A DNA stretch of 63,818 nt, filler included, from Octopus bimaculoides (lineage: Eukaryota): NCBI RefSeq assembly GCF_001194135.2. It is 5 parts of 4 records of this genome, joined end to end, with 100 filler letters (N's around TTAATTAATTAA, not from the genome) between each part and the next. Parts side by side here need not be neighbours in the genome. Positions count along the whole stretch, not along the records: positions 12,767 to 25,680 come from NC_068994.1; positions 25,781 to 31,308 come from NC_068988.1; positions 31,409 to 60,467 come from NC_068981.1; 2 more parts are not named here. One strand, written 5' to 3'. A program made the position numbers and the translations under genes. Below, piece by piece: positions 23,823 through 36,950 of the stretch. Numbering within the stretch: position 1 is the stretch's first letter; the number at the start of each line of letters is the position of its first letter. A model generated the notes under the pieces. It was not told the DNA's origin and made no database searches. It saw only the letters and a list, made by a program, of their open reading frames with translations.

Positions 23823-24301
23823 AGAACATCTTATATCATAATATCGTTTGAGAATGCCGTAAACAGAACGCAGCTTTACTTCGTACCGTTTATATCCATG
23901 GCGTATATTTTCAGATCATCCATAAAGAAGCTATGTGTTACATATAAAAATATGCTTGTGTATATGTGTATGAGTGTAAATGTGTGTTTGTATTGGTCGA
24001 TCTGAACGTTTGTCTTTGAAAAAACGATGTCCTGTAATTAGCGGTGCGACAAATGAAGATTAATAAGTACAAAGCCACAAATTCTGGGTTTGGAGGTTAA
24101 CACGTAATTCCAAACGACTCCAGCATTTAATCGGTATATTGGTTTCATCGATCGCCATCTGGAAAAGAACAACGGCTAAGTCGACTTTGGTGCAATTCGA
24201 ACTCGAACTCAGAACGAACGCAAAGAGGCTTACCTCTATGCAAAGGCACGTCTGTGTAACCCGTCGTCTACCGATTTTTACCAATCCATTATTAAGCTTG
24301 T

Positions 24302-24342
<41 letters not shown>

Positions 24343-25030
24343 AAAATCGTTAAAGGCAAAGAACAAGGTATAGAAAAAACGAAAACAGCGAAACAGCCCA
24401 CCTAGCAATGGTTCATGTTGTGTATCGATTATTATTTCATATATATATATATTTTATTTGATTTTATTTATTTATTTATTTTTGCCCCATATCACCTGCT
24501 TTCAATGGCTAACTTGAAAGAAAACAACATCAGCAATAATATCGTTGTTGTTCTTCTTGTTCTCCTCTTCTTTTTCTACTTCTTCTTCCACCTCTTCCTC
24601 CACCTCCTCCTCTTCCTCCACCTCCTCCTCTTCCTCCTCGTATAGTATTTTGCCTTACAATTCAGTTTGTTTCTATCAGCGCTATTTATGAACAAATACT
24701 ATTTTCGCCACCCGCTTCCNNNNNNNNNNNNNNNNNNNNNNNNNNNNNNNNNNNNNNNNNNNNNNNNNNNNNNNNNNNNNNNNNNNNNNNNNNNNNNNNN
24801 NNNNNNNNNNNNNNNNNNNNNNNNNNNNNNNNNNNNNNNNNNNNNNNNNNNNNNNNNNNNNNNNNNNNNNNNNNNNNNNNNNNNNNNNNNNNNNNNNNNN
24901 NNNNNNNNNNNNNNNNNNNNNNNNNNNNNNNNNNNNNNNNNNNNNNNNNNNNNNNNNNNNNNNNNNNNNNNNNNNNNNNNNNNNNNNNNNNNNNNNNNNN
25001 NNNNNNNNNNNNNNNNNNNNNNNNNNNNNN

Positions 25031-25135
25031 NTTTGGACAAAATAATGGAAACACCTTGCTAAATGGAAATTTTATTATTTAATACGAAGTTGGTCCGCGT
25101 TTGGCATCAATCACAGCTTTCATACATCGAGTAAT
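25031..25135 (-). mobile_element. Tc1-like transposase 3' end
   Basis: Minus strand translates TRCMKAVIDAKRGPTSY*, followed by tttccattattttgtccaa (TIR-like) at the gap edge. Confidence 0.6.
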
Positions 25136-25164
25136 TGACTTGTATACATACATAGCTATCAGAA

Positions 25165-25260
25165 AAGGAAATCAACCAACTGATTCGCACATTACAAATA
25201 CAATCTGTAAGCGGAACAGTAAAAATATGCAAGACTTTTCTCAGGTTTAAAATGTGACAT
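25165..25260 (+). mobile_element. RLE non-LTR element ORF terminus fragment
   Basis: KEINQLIRTLQIQSVSGTVKICKTFLRFKM*. It continues the RKLIR*LQI end of the RLE fragment at 35652-36050. Confidence 0.55.
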
Positions 25261-25377
25261 TCTTTTCGTTATCTACATTCCAAACATGGAGTTTTGTATC
25301 TTTGTTAGGAACCAGCTTCTTCTTCAGAGGAAGAATTTGAATGATTAAAAACAGAAGAGACATACATAAATACAACA

Positions 25378-25672
25378 AGCAGCTGAGAAGAACGGAGTCT
25401 GGGGATGCGCCGAGCAATTATTAATCAACAAAACTGTGATGTCAGAGGTGCGAGAGCATAGGAGGGACCGAGTTTCAATGTGACTAGACTCCAAGAAAGC
25501 CTTTGACTCTATTCCCCACTCGTGGATGCTAGAAGCCCTTCAACTTACTAAAGGTCCAGTGAGAATAGTCAAAGTCGTAACTGACCTGACTTCATTGTGG
25601 GCCACCATCTTGAAGTTAAACACAAAGAGTGACTGTATTATCACCTAAAGAATATAGTATCGCAAAGGCATA
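25378..25672 (+). mobile_element. R4/Dong-type non-LTR RT fragment, decayed
   Basis: AEKNGVWGCAEQLLINKTVMSEVREHRRDRVSM*LDSKKAFDSIPHSWMLEALQL...LWATILKL...YRKGI, matching the GC..QLLI.K...D.KKAFDS.PHSW motifs. Confidence 0.8.
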
Positions 25673-25780
25673 TATATATANNNNNNNNNNNNNNNNNNNN
25701 NNNNNNNNNNNNNNNNNNNNNNNNTTAATTAATTAANNNNNNNNNNNNNNNNNNNNNNNNNNNNNNNNNNNNNNNNNNNN

Positions 25781-25949
25781 TATACGACGGGTTTCTTTCA
25801 GTTTCCGTCTACCAAATCCACTCACAAGGCTTTGGTCGGCCCGAGGTTATAGTAGAAGACACTTGCCCAAGGTGCCACGCAGTGGGACTGAACCCAGAAC
25901 CATGTGGTTGGTAAGCAAGCTACTTACTACACAGCCACGCTTGCACCTA
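25781..25949 (-). mobile_element. SINE family B head
   Basis: Near-identical to the reverse complement of the family-B head. Confidence 0.9.
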
Positions 25950-26212
25950 TGAATATTTTTTTTAAAGTTTTATGTTCTTTCATTTTCGGAGAGTATATTG
26001 TCTTCATTTCTTTATCTGCAAACTATCAAATCTAGACCATACACCCCTGTATATTTATAAATACAGGGTGTATAGACAATGTGTGTGTCTGTGCGTGTGC
26101 GTGTGCGTGCATGTGTTTGTGTCTGCGTATGTGTATGTGTGTTTCTCTGTGTGTGCGTGCACGCACGGGTGCGTTTGTGTGTATGTGCGTGTGTGTGTAA
26201 GTTTGTGTGAGT

Positions 26213-26440
26213 GTTTGTCTGTGTTTGTCCCTCCACCACCACCACCACCACTGCTTGATAACCGATGTTGGTGTGTTTACGTCCCTGTAACGTAAGTGAT
26301 TCGGCAGAAGACAGAATAAGTACCAAGCTTTAAAACAATCAAGCCCTGGTGGGGTGGGGGTCCATCCATTCGACTAAAATTCTTGTAGGTGGTGCCCAAG
26401 CATGGCCGTAGTCTGATGACTAAAACAAGTAGAAGAATAA
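26213..26440 (+). mobile_element. SINE family B 3' half, diverged
   Basis: gtctgtgtttgtccc...cttgataaccgatgttggtgtgtttacgtccc...gcatggccgtagtctgatgactaaaacaagtagaagaataa. Confidence 0.75.
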
Positions 26441-26515
26441 CACAGGTTATCAGTTCCCAAGTTTTGCGTTTCTTCTTGTTCGCCTTTTTCGCCCCTCTTC
26501 ATTGTGTTTGAATGA

Positions 26516-26842
26516 GGGCTCGTGGCTCAGTGGTTAGGCCATTCGGCTCGCGTTCGTGAGGTCGTGAGTTCCATTCCCGACGGCGCGTTGTGTCCATGAG
26601 CAAGACACTTTATTTCACATAGATCTAGTAGAGTCCCCCGACAAAAATAAAATTTTAAAAAATCAAATAAAATAAAAAGGACTACCTGTAATTCAAAGAG
26701 GCCAGCCATGTCACATTCTCTATCACACTGAATCTCCCCGTGAACTACGTTAAGGGTACGCGTATTTGTGGAGTACTCAGCCACTTTCACCGTTAATTTC
26801 ACGAGCTGGCTTTTTTCCGTCGTCGTAAACGACGGAGAGCCA
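26516..26842 (+). mobile_element. tRNA-derived SINE, mosaic (family-C head plus family-D body)
   Basis: A-box tggctcagtgg, B-box-like gagttccattcc and the gagcaagacactttatttca box. The body tacctgtaattcaaag...tcagccactttcaccgttaatttcacgagc is shared with 38711-39028. Confidence 0.8.
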
Positions 26843-26977
26843 GTTATCATTCTTCTTTTTATGTTGCTGCTGTTGTTGTACTCTTCTTCCTTGAAAGAGA
26901 ATTGATACCACCAGATGGCAACGGCCATCATAACGTGATCCTGCAAACAGACAACATTCTATTTGATTTCTCTTAAA

Positions 26978-27051
<74 letters not shown>

Positions 27052-28099
27052 NNNNNNNNNNNNNNNNNNNNNNNNNNNNNNNNNNNNNNNNNNNNNNNNN
27101 NNNNNNNNNNNNNNNNNNNNNNNNNNNNNNNNNNNNNNNNNNNNNNNNNNNNNNNNNNNNNNNNNNNNNNNNNNNNNNNNNNNNNNNNNNNNNNNNNNNN
27201 NNNNNNNNNNNNNNNNNNNNNNNNNNNNNNNNNNNNNNNNNNNNNNNNNNNNNNNNNNNNNNNNNNNNNNNNNNNNNNNNNNNNNNNNNNNNNNNNNNNN
27301 NNNNNNNNNNNNNNNNNNNNNNNNNNNNNNNNNNNNNNNNNNNNNNNNNNNNNNNNNNNNNNNNNNNNNNNNNNNNNNNNNNNNNNNNNNNNNNNNNNNN
27401 NNNNNNNNNNNNNNNNNNNNNNNNNNNNNNNNNNNNNNNNNNNNNNNNNNNNNNNNNNNNNNNNNNNNNNNNNNNNNNNNNNNNNNNNNNNNNNNNNNNN
27501 NNNNNNNNNNNNNNNNNNNNNNNNNNNNNNNNNNNNNNNNNNNNNNNNNNNNNNNNNNNNNNNNNNNNNNNNNNNNNNNNNNNNNNNNNNNNNNNNNNNN
27601 NNNNNNNNNNNNNNNNNNNNNNNNNNNNNNNNNNNNNNNNNNNNNNNNNNNNNNNNNNNNNNNNNNNNNNNNNNNNNNNNNNNNNNNNNNNNNNNNNNNN
27701 NNNNNNNNNNNNNNNNNNNNNNNNNNNNNNNNNNNNNNNNNNNNNNNNNNNNNNNNNNNNNNNNNNNNNNNNNNNNNNNNNNNTATATATATATAACACC
27801 CACGCGCACACAGAAAATAATTTGGAATGCTGGGTGGGGATCGCCGTCCGCACGGCCATCCCAGTATCCTAAGCTAATAATACACTTAAAAAAAAACGCA
27901 CCCTCTGCAAAACTCGATGCTGTAAGCCTAGCAAGGAGCCATTATCTCAAACACATCTGTCTTGTGTCAAAATGATGATGACCACATGTAGTGAGGTCGA
28001 TAGATTAGATACGGAAGAGATGATATTGTAGCATTGGTAAAGGGGGTGGGTGTCTTCACAATTCTTAAACATAGACTCGTATTTTGCTTTCTGTTAATG

Positions 28100-28170
28100 C
28101 AGGAGTGTCAAACTCGTTTTACTTTGTGGGCCGGGCTGGAGAATAAAGAGCATCTCGCGGGCTGGATAGA
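28100..28170 (+). mobile_element. Possible hAT/Charlie-type terminal fragment (similar end at 17680-17740)
   Basis: caggagtgtcaaactc...gggccgg resembles the CAGGGGTGTCAAAC termini of Charlie-like MITEs. No second terminus is seen. Confidence 0.3.
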
Positions 28171-28544
28171 AACAATTCAATACATACATACATACATACA
28201 TAGGCACATACATACATACATGTATACATACATAGGCACATACATACATACATGTATACATACATACATACGTACGTACATACATACGCACATACATACA
28301 TGCATACATGCACACACACACACGCAAATATATATATATATATATATGATTATAATATAGGGTATCTAAGAGATACCGCCACGCTGAAAATAACAGTCAA
28401 ATCTTGACTCTAAACCACAATAAATGTTCATATATACGTAAATGTCGAGCAATGAAAATGAGTGCACAACACACATATATACATATACATATATGCATGC
28501 ATACACATATGTATATGCATATATACATATATGTATATATATAT

Positions 28545-28741
28545 TATTATGATTAACCGTTGACTGAACACTATTCAATTTTTTTTCTCCGTGTTTTTCT
28601 CCTTGTCTCCGTATTCTTTCTGTTGAAGAGCGTAGCTCGAAACGTCAAAGACTTTCCGTATTCCCGAGCGTCATACTAATATATACTTTTGTTATTTACA
28701 CCACCTGTCCTCGTCTGTTGTTATTATTTGTATATTCTCCC
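28545..28741 (+). mobile_element. Short non-coding PLE-type (pLTR/retrozyme-like) element containing a hammerhead motif
   Basis: ~200-bp unique island between (TA)n-rich tracts that contains the HHR below. Confidence 0.5.
28615..28651 (+). ncRNA. Minimal type-I hammerhead ribozyme motif, A6U core variant
   Basis: UCUUU-CUGUUGA-A-GAGC(GUA)GCUC-GAAA-CG-UC^-AAAGA. Stem I is 5 bp, stem II is 4 bp, stem III is the palindrome ACGU, and the predicted cleavage is after C28646. Confidence 0.7.
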
Positions 28742-28775
28742 ATATATATATATGTGTGTGTGTATGTATATGTAC

Positions 28776-28815
<40 letters not shown>

Positions 28816-29385
28816 TGATAGGAAGGACAACAAAAGAAAAAGACCTCGATGTTATGTAAATAGAGGAATTTATCTGTAAAAATATGTGACACNNNNNNNN
28901 NNNNNNNNNNNNNNNNNNNNNNNNNNNNNNNNNNNNNNNNNNNNNNNNNNNNNNNNNNNNNNNNNNNNNNNNNNNNNNNNNNNNNNNNNNNNNNNNNNNN
29001 NNNNNNNNNNNNNNNNNNNNNNNNNNNNNNNNNNNNNNNNNNNNNNNNNNNNNNNNNNNNNNNNNNNNNNNNNNNNNNNNNNNNNNNNNNNNNNNNNNNN
29101 NNNNNNNNNNNNNNNNNNNNNNNNNNNNNNNNNNNNNNNNNNNNNNNNNNNNNNNNNNNNNNNNNNNNNNNNNNNNNNNNNNNNNNNNNNNNNNNNNNNN
29201 NNNNNNNNNNNNNNNNNNNNNNNNNNNNNNNNNNNNNNNNNNNNNNNNNNNNNNNNNNNNNNNNNNNNNNNNNNNNNNNNNNNNNNNNNNNNNNNNNNNN
29301 NNNNNNNNNNNNNNNNNNNNNNNNNNNNNNNNNNNNNNNNNNNNNNNNNNNNNNNNNNNNNNNNNNNNNNNNNNNNNNNNNNNNN

Positions 29386-29431
<46 letters not shown>

Positions 29432-30226
29432 GCCCCACGCACACAGACATATGTATATACATATGCATACACACACATCATATTTATATATATGTTTGTG
29501 TGCGTGTGTATGTGTACGTATATGTGAGCGCAAATGTGTTCGTACGATTATAGATTGCAAGCGCTTGCTTAATTTATAATTAAGCCACAATATATGCATG
29601 TGTGTGTATGTGTGTGTGAGAGATTGTGTGTGTGTCTCTGTGTGTGCGTGCGTCCGTTTGTGTATGTATAAAATATGTAAATGATATCGAAGGAGTCAAA
29701 CGTGCGCCCTCACACAAATGCTCAAAAATACAAACAGTCATACGCATGCATATACGCCAACTCATTCACACTTACACACATTCATACACACACAAGCACA
29801 TCCACGCATAAACACATACACAAACGTACATGTGCCCACGCTCACATACACTTACACACACAAGTACACACGAAGATAAATATGCTGACTGCTGGTCGTG
29901 CAGAAAAAGAACACACATACAAGACGAAACCCAATAAGATGGAACATTTCTTTAAATAATGGAGAAACTCTAGCCTGGAGTTAAGTAAACAGTGAGTGTT
30001 AAGAAAACTAGATAAACAGACGACAGAAACCGCCATGTTGTTTGCCGAAGAGAGAAAGGAAACGAAAGAACGAGAGAGAGTGGTGGGAGTGAGCTTTACG
30101 AATGAAAATCGTGGAGTCGTAAGTTGAGATTAAGTAAGTTAATTGCATATTGAAAAGAAGTAAAAATAAAATAAAATAAATGATATGTATACACACATAT
30201 ACACGTAAACGTACACACACACACGA

Positions 30227-30286
<60 letters not shown>

Positions 30287-31024
30287 GTGCATGTGTATAT
30301 AAGGAGAGACGGTTTCTTTTTTAAATATACACTGAATGAAAGAAAAAAATTCTTTAATATGTTGTAGAATATCTAGAATATAATTATCAAATGTACTTGG
30401 TTGATGTCATTTCCACAAATTATTTTCTTACAAATGAAAATACGTGGAAACTCCATGGACGAACGCAAAAGGCTTCTTCAGGCGCGAAAATTTGATTACA
30501 TGCGCAGGATTACATACAAGTACGAGCACACACACATATAATGTGTATGCATGTATCTGTACGCGCGCGCGCACACACACACACACACATACACAGATAT
30601 ATTAATTATTCTATTTTTAGAAGACGGATGACAGTTTCTTTGAAGTTTCGGCCAGCTCGCGTCGTCAAACTGAGACAGTCGAGCGAAAGCTAGTAGGCCG
30701 AAATTTCGATGTAATTTACTCCCCAACCACATGGTTCCGAGTTTGGTCCCACTGCATGGCACCTTGGGCAAGGTGTGATGGAGTGATGGACAAGGAGTGA
30801 TGGACGTCGATATTTCGCCATTTTTGTGGCCTATCAACAACACATACCCGAACAAGATGGGAGATGAATCATATCGCAGGTCCACGACTTATATACATAT
30901 AACGTGCAAATTATTTGCTAGTATGGCCGGACAATGCATACATAAGAATAAGATGGCAAACAAATGATCGAGAGGACCATTACTATCCAACAAAATATTC
31001 ATTCACTTTAAAATATGCTGTATG

Positions 31025-31066
31025 TATATATATATATATATATATATATAAATGAGAATGTGTGTG

Positions 31067-31097
<31 letters not shown>

Positions 31098-31308
31098 GTG
31101 AATCCCTAAAACTCGAGAACTACGCAACCAATTTCATTCAAATTTTACACATGCCTTACTTAGGGTTCCAGTTGTGTTTTAGTCAAAAAAAATTATTAAC
31201 TTCTTGCAGAGTTCGAGCACACGGCAACATAATATCTCCTCCACTATTTAAGTATTACGTGTCAAAAGTGAAACAAAAACACTCATGTCAAATACTTTCA
31301 CTTTAAAA
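31025..31308 (+). mobile_element. Probable non-autonomous Helitron/Helentron-type (DINE-1/HINE-like) element, cut by gap
   Basis: The start atataaatgagaatgtgtgtgtgtc, a (TGTC)n microsatellite and ctcgagaactacgcaaccaatttcattcaaattt are typical of such elements. The 3' hairpin is not visible. Confidence 0.5.
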
Positions 31309-31660
31309 NNNNNNNNNNNNNNNNNNNNNNNNNNNNNNNNNNNNNNNNNNNNTTAATTAATTAANNNNNNNNNNNNNNNNNNNNNNNNNNNNNNNNNNNN
31401 NNNNNNNNATATATATATATATAAAGTGAAGTATATTTGCCACTTAAATGTGGCTGACCCCGAGGGGTGGATGTTACTGTTGCTTTTAGCCCCAGGAGGA
31501 CATCTCCTCCAGCTGGCTATCGACACACTTCTGTGTCCTGTCTGTATTTGCCAAGGGAAGTTATCCTTCCCATCTTGGTCTACGATACGTACGTACTCGA
31601 GTTTCAGGGTTATTTCCCTTCTTCAGCGTACGACAATCGCCGACCTTCGATGCAAAAGGC

Positions 31661-31713
<53 letters not shown>

Positions 31714-32408
31714 TTTATAACGTAATTAAAATGACATGAAATTCAAATAGCCATCTGCTTATAATACTGCGTGTATATATAACGTTCAGAGGTATGATGT
31801 TGTGTGTCTTGCCTGAAAGAAAAATAGTCTCATAAACATGTGTTCTTAAGCATATAAATACAACGTTAGAGGCATTTCACTCTTCATATGTCTTGTCAAT
31901 AAGGCATACATGCTCCTCATATGCTTGAAGGAAACTTGCACCTCGATGTAGAAGAAATAGTGGTAAATACATTTACTTTTCTGATATTGCCGACTGCTAG
32001 CTGGACCGTGAAAAAAATCTACATGATCGCAAATGAATATACGTTTTGTATGATATACAGATACTTGTTATAATTCAATACTATCTCAGTTTTGTCAACG
32101 ACAAGCATTCTGCTATATCATTGAAGGCATGAATCACTGTTTCTTATATATCGAGACCAATTTTCTTCAATCATGTGAAAAAAGTGTACAAGTTTTGCAC
32201 AAACTCCAAGAAGGAAGAAGCGCGTCTAACATTCCTATGAGCCACTGCTGCGACAATGTTCATTTCATTTCGATATATTTTGTGGTTTTTAAGACATCTC
32301 TGAACAGATTTTTTCTTTTTTATCTCAGACAAAAACCACACCAGCATGCCTTTTTACGATGTATGTAGATTTAATACGAAGCACAGGTGGGCACACGTGT
32401 GCACGCTT

Positions 32409-32479
<71 letters not shown>

Positions 32480-32637
32480 GACACTACATATAAAGAGAAA
32501 GAGATAGATATATAGACAGATTGATAAATCGATAGCTAGCTAGCTAGAGAGACAGATAGATAGATATCACAGACATATATATATATACATGTATGTGTGT
32601 GTGTTTGTGTGTGTATGTGTGTGTGTGTTTGTGTGTA

Positions 32638-32683
<46 letters not shown>

Positions 32684-32735
32684 CACAGACAGACAGACAG
32701 ACAGACATACAAAGACAGACAGACAGACATACAAA

Positions 32736-32772
<37 letters not shown>

Positions 32773-32917
32773 ACGCGATATGCACAGCGAGGGAGGTTAA
32801 CAAGAGAAATAGCGTGTCGAATATTGAAGGAAGAGTTAAATAAATGACAGTACACTATTGGAGGGCAATCTGGAAAATGCAAAAGAAGTACAAATATATA
32901 ATAAGTTACATAACATC

Positions 32918-33016
<99 letters not shown>

Positions 33017-33095
33017 AAGGAGAAGAAGAAGAAGAAGAAGGAGAAGGAGAAGAAGAAGGAGAGAAGGAAGAAGGAGAAGAGGAAGAAGAAGAAGA
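32918..33095. repeat. (AAT)n abutting (AAG)n
   Basis: Directly visible. Confidence 0.95.
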
Positions 33096-33620
33096 ATGGT
33101 AATAAACAAATAAAAATTAACAAAACAAGGATGAGAAATGAAAAAAAAGAAAAAGATTTATTTTGTTTAACATTAATGAATGGCGAAGATTCTAGTTATG
33201 ATAAAGACCGAAAGCCAAGAAGAAATAGCTTATAAATTGCTGAATACAAGTCAGTTGTCTTCTTTCACATATTACTAGCAATTTTTCTTCTCCCTTAGGG
33301 GAAAAATGATTATATTCAATCCTGATAATGCGATCGATATTACATTTATATGAAAATGAGTAAAAAATCTCGTTGCGTTGACGAAAATGTTTTCCAGCTA
33401 TCATTGTTTTCATCTTAGAGAAATTGTAATTTTTTTTTTTTCTCTTTCTCTGTATTAGGAATTGTTTTTGTCAAAATAAAAAATAAATGTGAAAAATAAA
33501 CAAATATAGAATACAATAGATGAAATATATGTAAAAAAAAAAGCAAAGCACAACCAAAGCAAAATGCAAATACGAAACGAAAATGTCACATACATACGAT
33601 GGTGTGTGTGTGCGCGCGCG

Positions 33621-33653
<33 letters not shown>

Positions 33654-33801
33654 CGGTGTCTGTGTGCGCGTATGCACGTATACATGCACATACGTACAAA
33701 TACAAACATACATTATCTATATGTGTATTGATCCATGTATATATATGTGTGTGTATATATATACATACATACATACATACATATATATATATATATCTAT
33801 A

Positions 33802-33850
<49 letters not shown>

Positions 33851-34612
33851 GTATATATGTATGTATGTATGTATCTACCTATCTAAACATGAATCTATCT
33901 ATCTGCTTGTAGTATATATATATATGTTCATTTGATCTGTGTAAAATTATACAAATCATCGTGTTCCTTTACGAACGTACGTAAGATAACGTGTCAGAAT
34001 TTGATGTATACGGTTAATAGTAAATATTATCTAAGCTGAATATTCAGAAATTAATAGAACACCATCTGATTTGACAATACTACATTTTCCTTAAAATTAA
34101 AATCATAAAAAGAAAGAAAAATCACATGAATTACTCTAAATTATCACCAAGTGAATATCGTATCTGTCCAAGGTGTTGGTTTTCCAGCAAGATGTCTTGA
34201 TGTTTGAAGTATGTTATCAAAAATATTTTTCTTTTCTCACTAGCGAATAGATAAATTCAAGAAGAATTTGGAAAAATCTATCAGGTGTGAATTCAGTGTA
34301 TCAAAGAAGGAATGCTGTAAGATCGAACCTTAGTCAGTATTGAGTTCTCCAAGTCTTTGTGTGGTTATACTGAGCCTGGAGAGTAAAGGATTAAGCCAAC
34401 AGCCAAATAATCTACGCAGAAACAAAATATTCAGTAGTGCGTCTGATAATCCAGAAGCGGACGGTATAACTGCGTAAGATGGGAGAAAAAAATGAGATGT
34501 GTGTGCATATACGTATCATATATGTGTGTATGTTTGCGTGTGTGAATTTTTGTGCGTATATGCAGAAAAATGTATATACGTATACATGTACATATATACA
34601 TACACACACACA

Positions 34613-34666
<54 letters not shown>

Positions 34667-35651
34667 NNNNNNNNNNNNNNNNNNNNNNNNNNNNNNNNNN
34701 NNNNNNNNNNNNNNNNNNNNNNNNNNNNNNNNNNNNNNNNNNNNNNNNNNNNNNNNNNNNNNNNNNNNNNNNNNNNNNNNNNNNNNNNNNNNNNNNNNNN
34801 NNNNNNNNNNNNNNNNNNNNNNNNNNNNNNNNNNNNNNNNNNNNNNNNNNNNNNNNNNNNNNNNNNNNNNNNNNNNNNNNNNNNNNNNNNNNNNNNNNNN
34901 NNNNNNNNNNNNNNNNNNNNNNNNNNNNNNNNNNNNNNNNNNNNNNNNNNNNNNNNNNNNNNNNNNNNNNNNNNNNNNNNNNNNNNNNNNNNNNNNNNNN
35001 NNNNNNNNNNNNNNNNNNNNNNNNNNNNNNNNNNNNNNNNNNNNNNNNNNNNNNNNNNNNNNNNNNNNNNNNNNNNNNNNNNNNNNNNNNNNNNNNNNNN
35101 NNNNNNNNNNNNNNNNNNNNNNNNNNNNNNNNNNNNNNNNNNNNNNNNNNNNNNNNNNNNNNNNNNNNNNNNNNNNNNNNNNNNNNNNNNNNNNNNNNNN
35201 NNNNNNNNNNNNNNNNNNNNNNNNNNNNNNNNNNNNNNNNNNNNNNNNNNNNNNNNNNNNNNNNNNNNNNNNNNNNNNNNNNNNNNNNNNNNNNNNNNNN
35301 NNNNNNNNNNNNNNNNNNNNNNNNNNNNNNNNNNNNNNNNNNNNNNNNNNNNNNNNNNNNNNNNNNNNNNNNNNNNNNNNNNNNNNNNNNNNNNNNNNNN
35401 NNNNNNNNNNNNNNNNNNNNNNNNNNNNNNNNNNNNNNNNNNNNNNNNNNNNNNNNNNNNNNNNNNNNNNNNNNNNNNNNNNNNNNNNNNNNNNNNNNNN
35501 NNNNNNNNNNNNNNNNNNNNNNNNNNNNNNNNNNNNNNNNNNNNNNNNNNNNNNNNNNNNNNNNNNNNNNNNNNNNNNNNNNNNNNNNNNNNNNNNNNNN
35601 NNNNNNNNNNNNNNNNNNNNNNNNNNNNNNNNATCATTTATACATACATAA

Positions 35652-36050
35652 TGAAGTCCGTTGGAAAAAAGAACTCATAGTATGATAGAAGCCATAGTCA
35701 CTCATAATAAAAGGGAGTACTGGAGGAATGACCCAGTGAAAACCATAATAAAACGTAAATATAATAGACCTGGCATAGTGATTTAGGGTGAAGAATAGAA
35801 AATATGTACCGTTGTGAAAATCAGCTGCTCAGGGGATGTTAACATAATGCTAAAGATCAGTGGAAAGGAAAATACCTACACTGGACTGTTGAGAAATCTA
35901 CAGTTACTCTATCAAGATTACAAGTTCAGGTTTTACCTCTAACTATTGGAGCACTGGGATATGTAACACACTGCCTAAATACCAAAGTTTCAGGAATTAG
36001 GCTTCTCAAAACCCGAAACGAGAAAGCTGATTCGATGACTACAGATCTAA
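35652..36050 (+). mobile_element. RLE-type non-LTR retrotransposon endonuclease fragment, decayed
   Basis: REYWRNDPVKTIIKRKYNRPGIVI*GEE*KICTVVKISCSGDVNIMLKISGKENTYTGLLRNLQLLYQDYKFRF...TIGALGYVTHCLNT...GFSKPETRKLIR*LQI, matching NRPDIV...E.SC...KE..Y and IGALG of RLE domains. Confidence 0.8.
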
Positions 36051-36329
36051 GGCATCACTGGAACTATAAATATCTGTACAACTTTTTAGATGTTCATCAT
36101 TGAAGTATATATGATCATGTCTAGACATGTAACTATATGCATTGAGAATATATACATAGAACAAAAGATACAAATCTCCACATATACATACGTACACCTC
36201 ACACACACACACACACACACACACTTCACACACACACACCTTACACACACATTATCTATCGGCTCGGGGTTATTTCTAACTTCATTGTACTACCTAGTGA
36301 AGACTTTTAAGTCAAGTTTGGAGATACCG

Positions 36330-36950
36330 CAGACCACCAACCAGGGAACTATTGTCGGTCAAAATGCAACCAGGTATCGGTAATTTGATATTTCATGGAG
36401 GAATTTGTCAAGGTGCTGTTTAAATGCAACAGCATCTTCTTTGATGTCTTTAGAAATAATGGATAGAATGGATTTTGTGCTTTGTACTCCTAATAATCAA
36501 AGCGTTTTATGACATTCATTTGCTTTGTCTTTCTTTCACGGTTGAGATCTGGACTGCTTTAATTCTCATAATGTATTCTTTTGTATATGGAGACCACGGA
36601 AGACATCAATATTTTAAGTTATAATCTAGCAAACATAGAACTGAGTATGGTAATGACAATAGTATCTTCAGACTGGAAAGTTCCAAAAATCCATGACTCC
36701 ACCTTCGAGTTATATTGACTTTGCTGAACATGTGTGCACTCCAGATTAAGTTACATGCATACATGCATACAACCACACTCTTTGACTGGAATGATGTTTT
36801 TTTATCACTTACAACTCCGCCCCACATTTGTGCTTTCTCCTCTTCTAAGTCTCTATCGCTACTATAGTGTCCTCTACTTGGCAGTATCTACATTATTATC
36901 ACTTACAATCTCATAAACTGCATTGTTTATGAACAAATCATAAGCATCCC
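36330..36950 (-). mobile_element. CR1/L2-type LINE RT C-terminal fragment, heavily decayed
   Basis: Minus strand, with frameshifts: NLIWSAH...WIFGTFQS...PWSPYTK...SKDIKEDAVAFK..LDKFLHEI, matching W..HI, W.P and FK..LDKFL. Confidence 0.65.
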
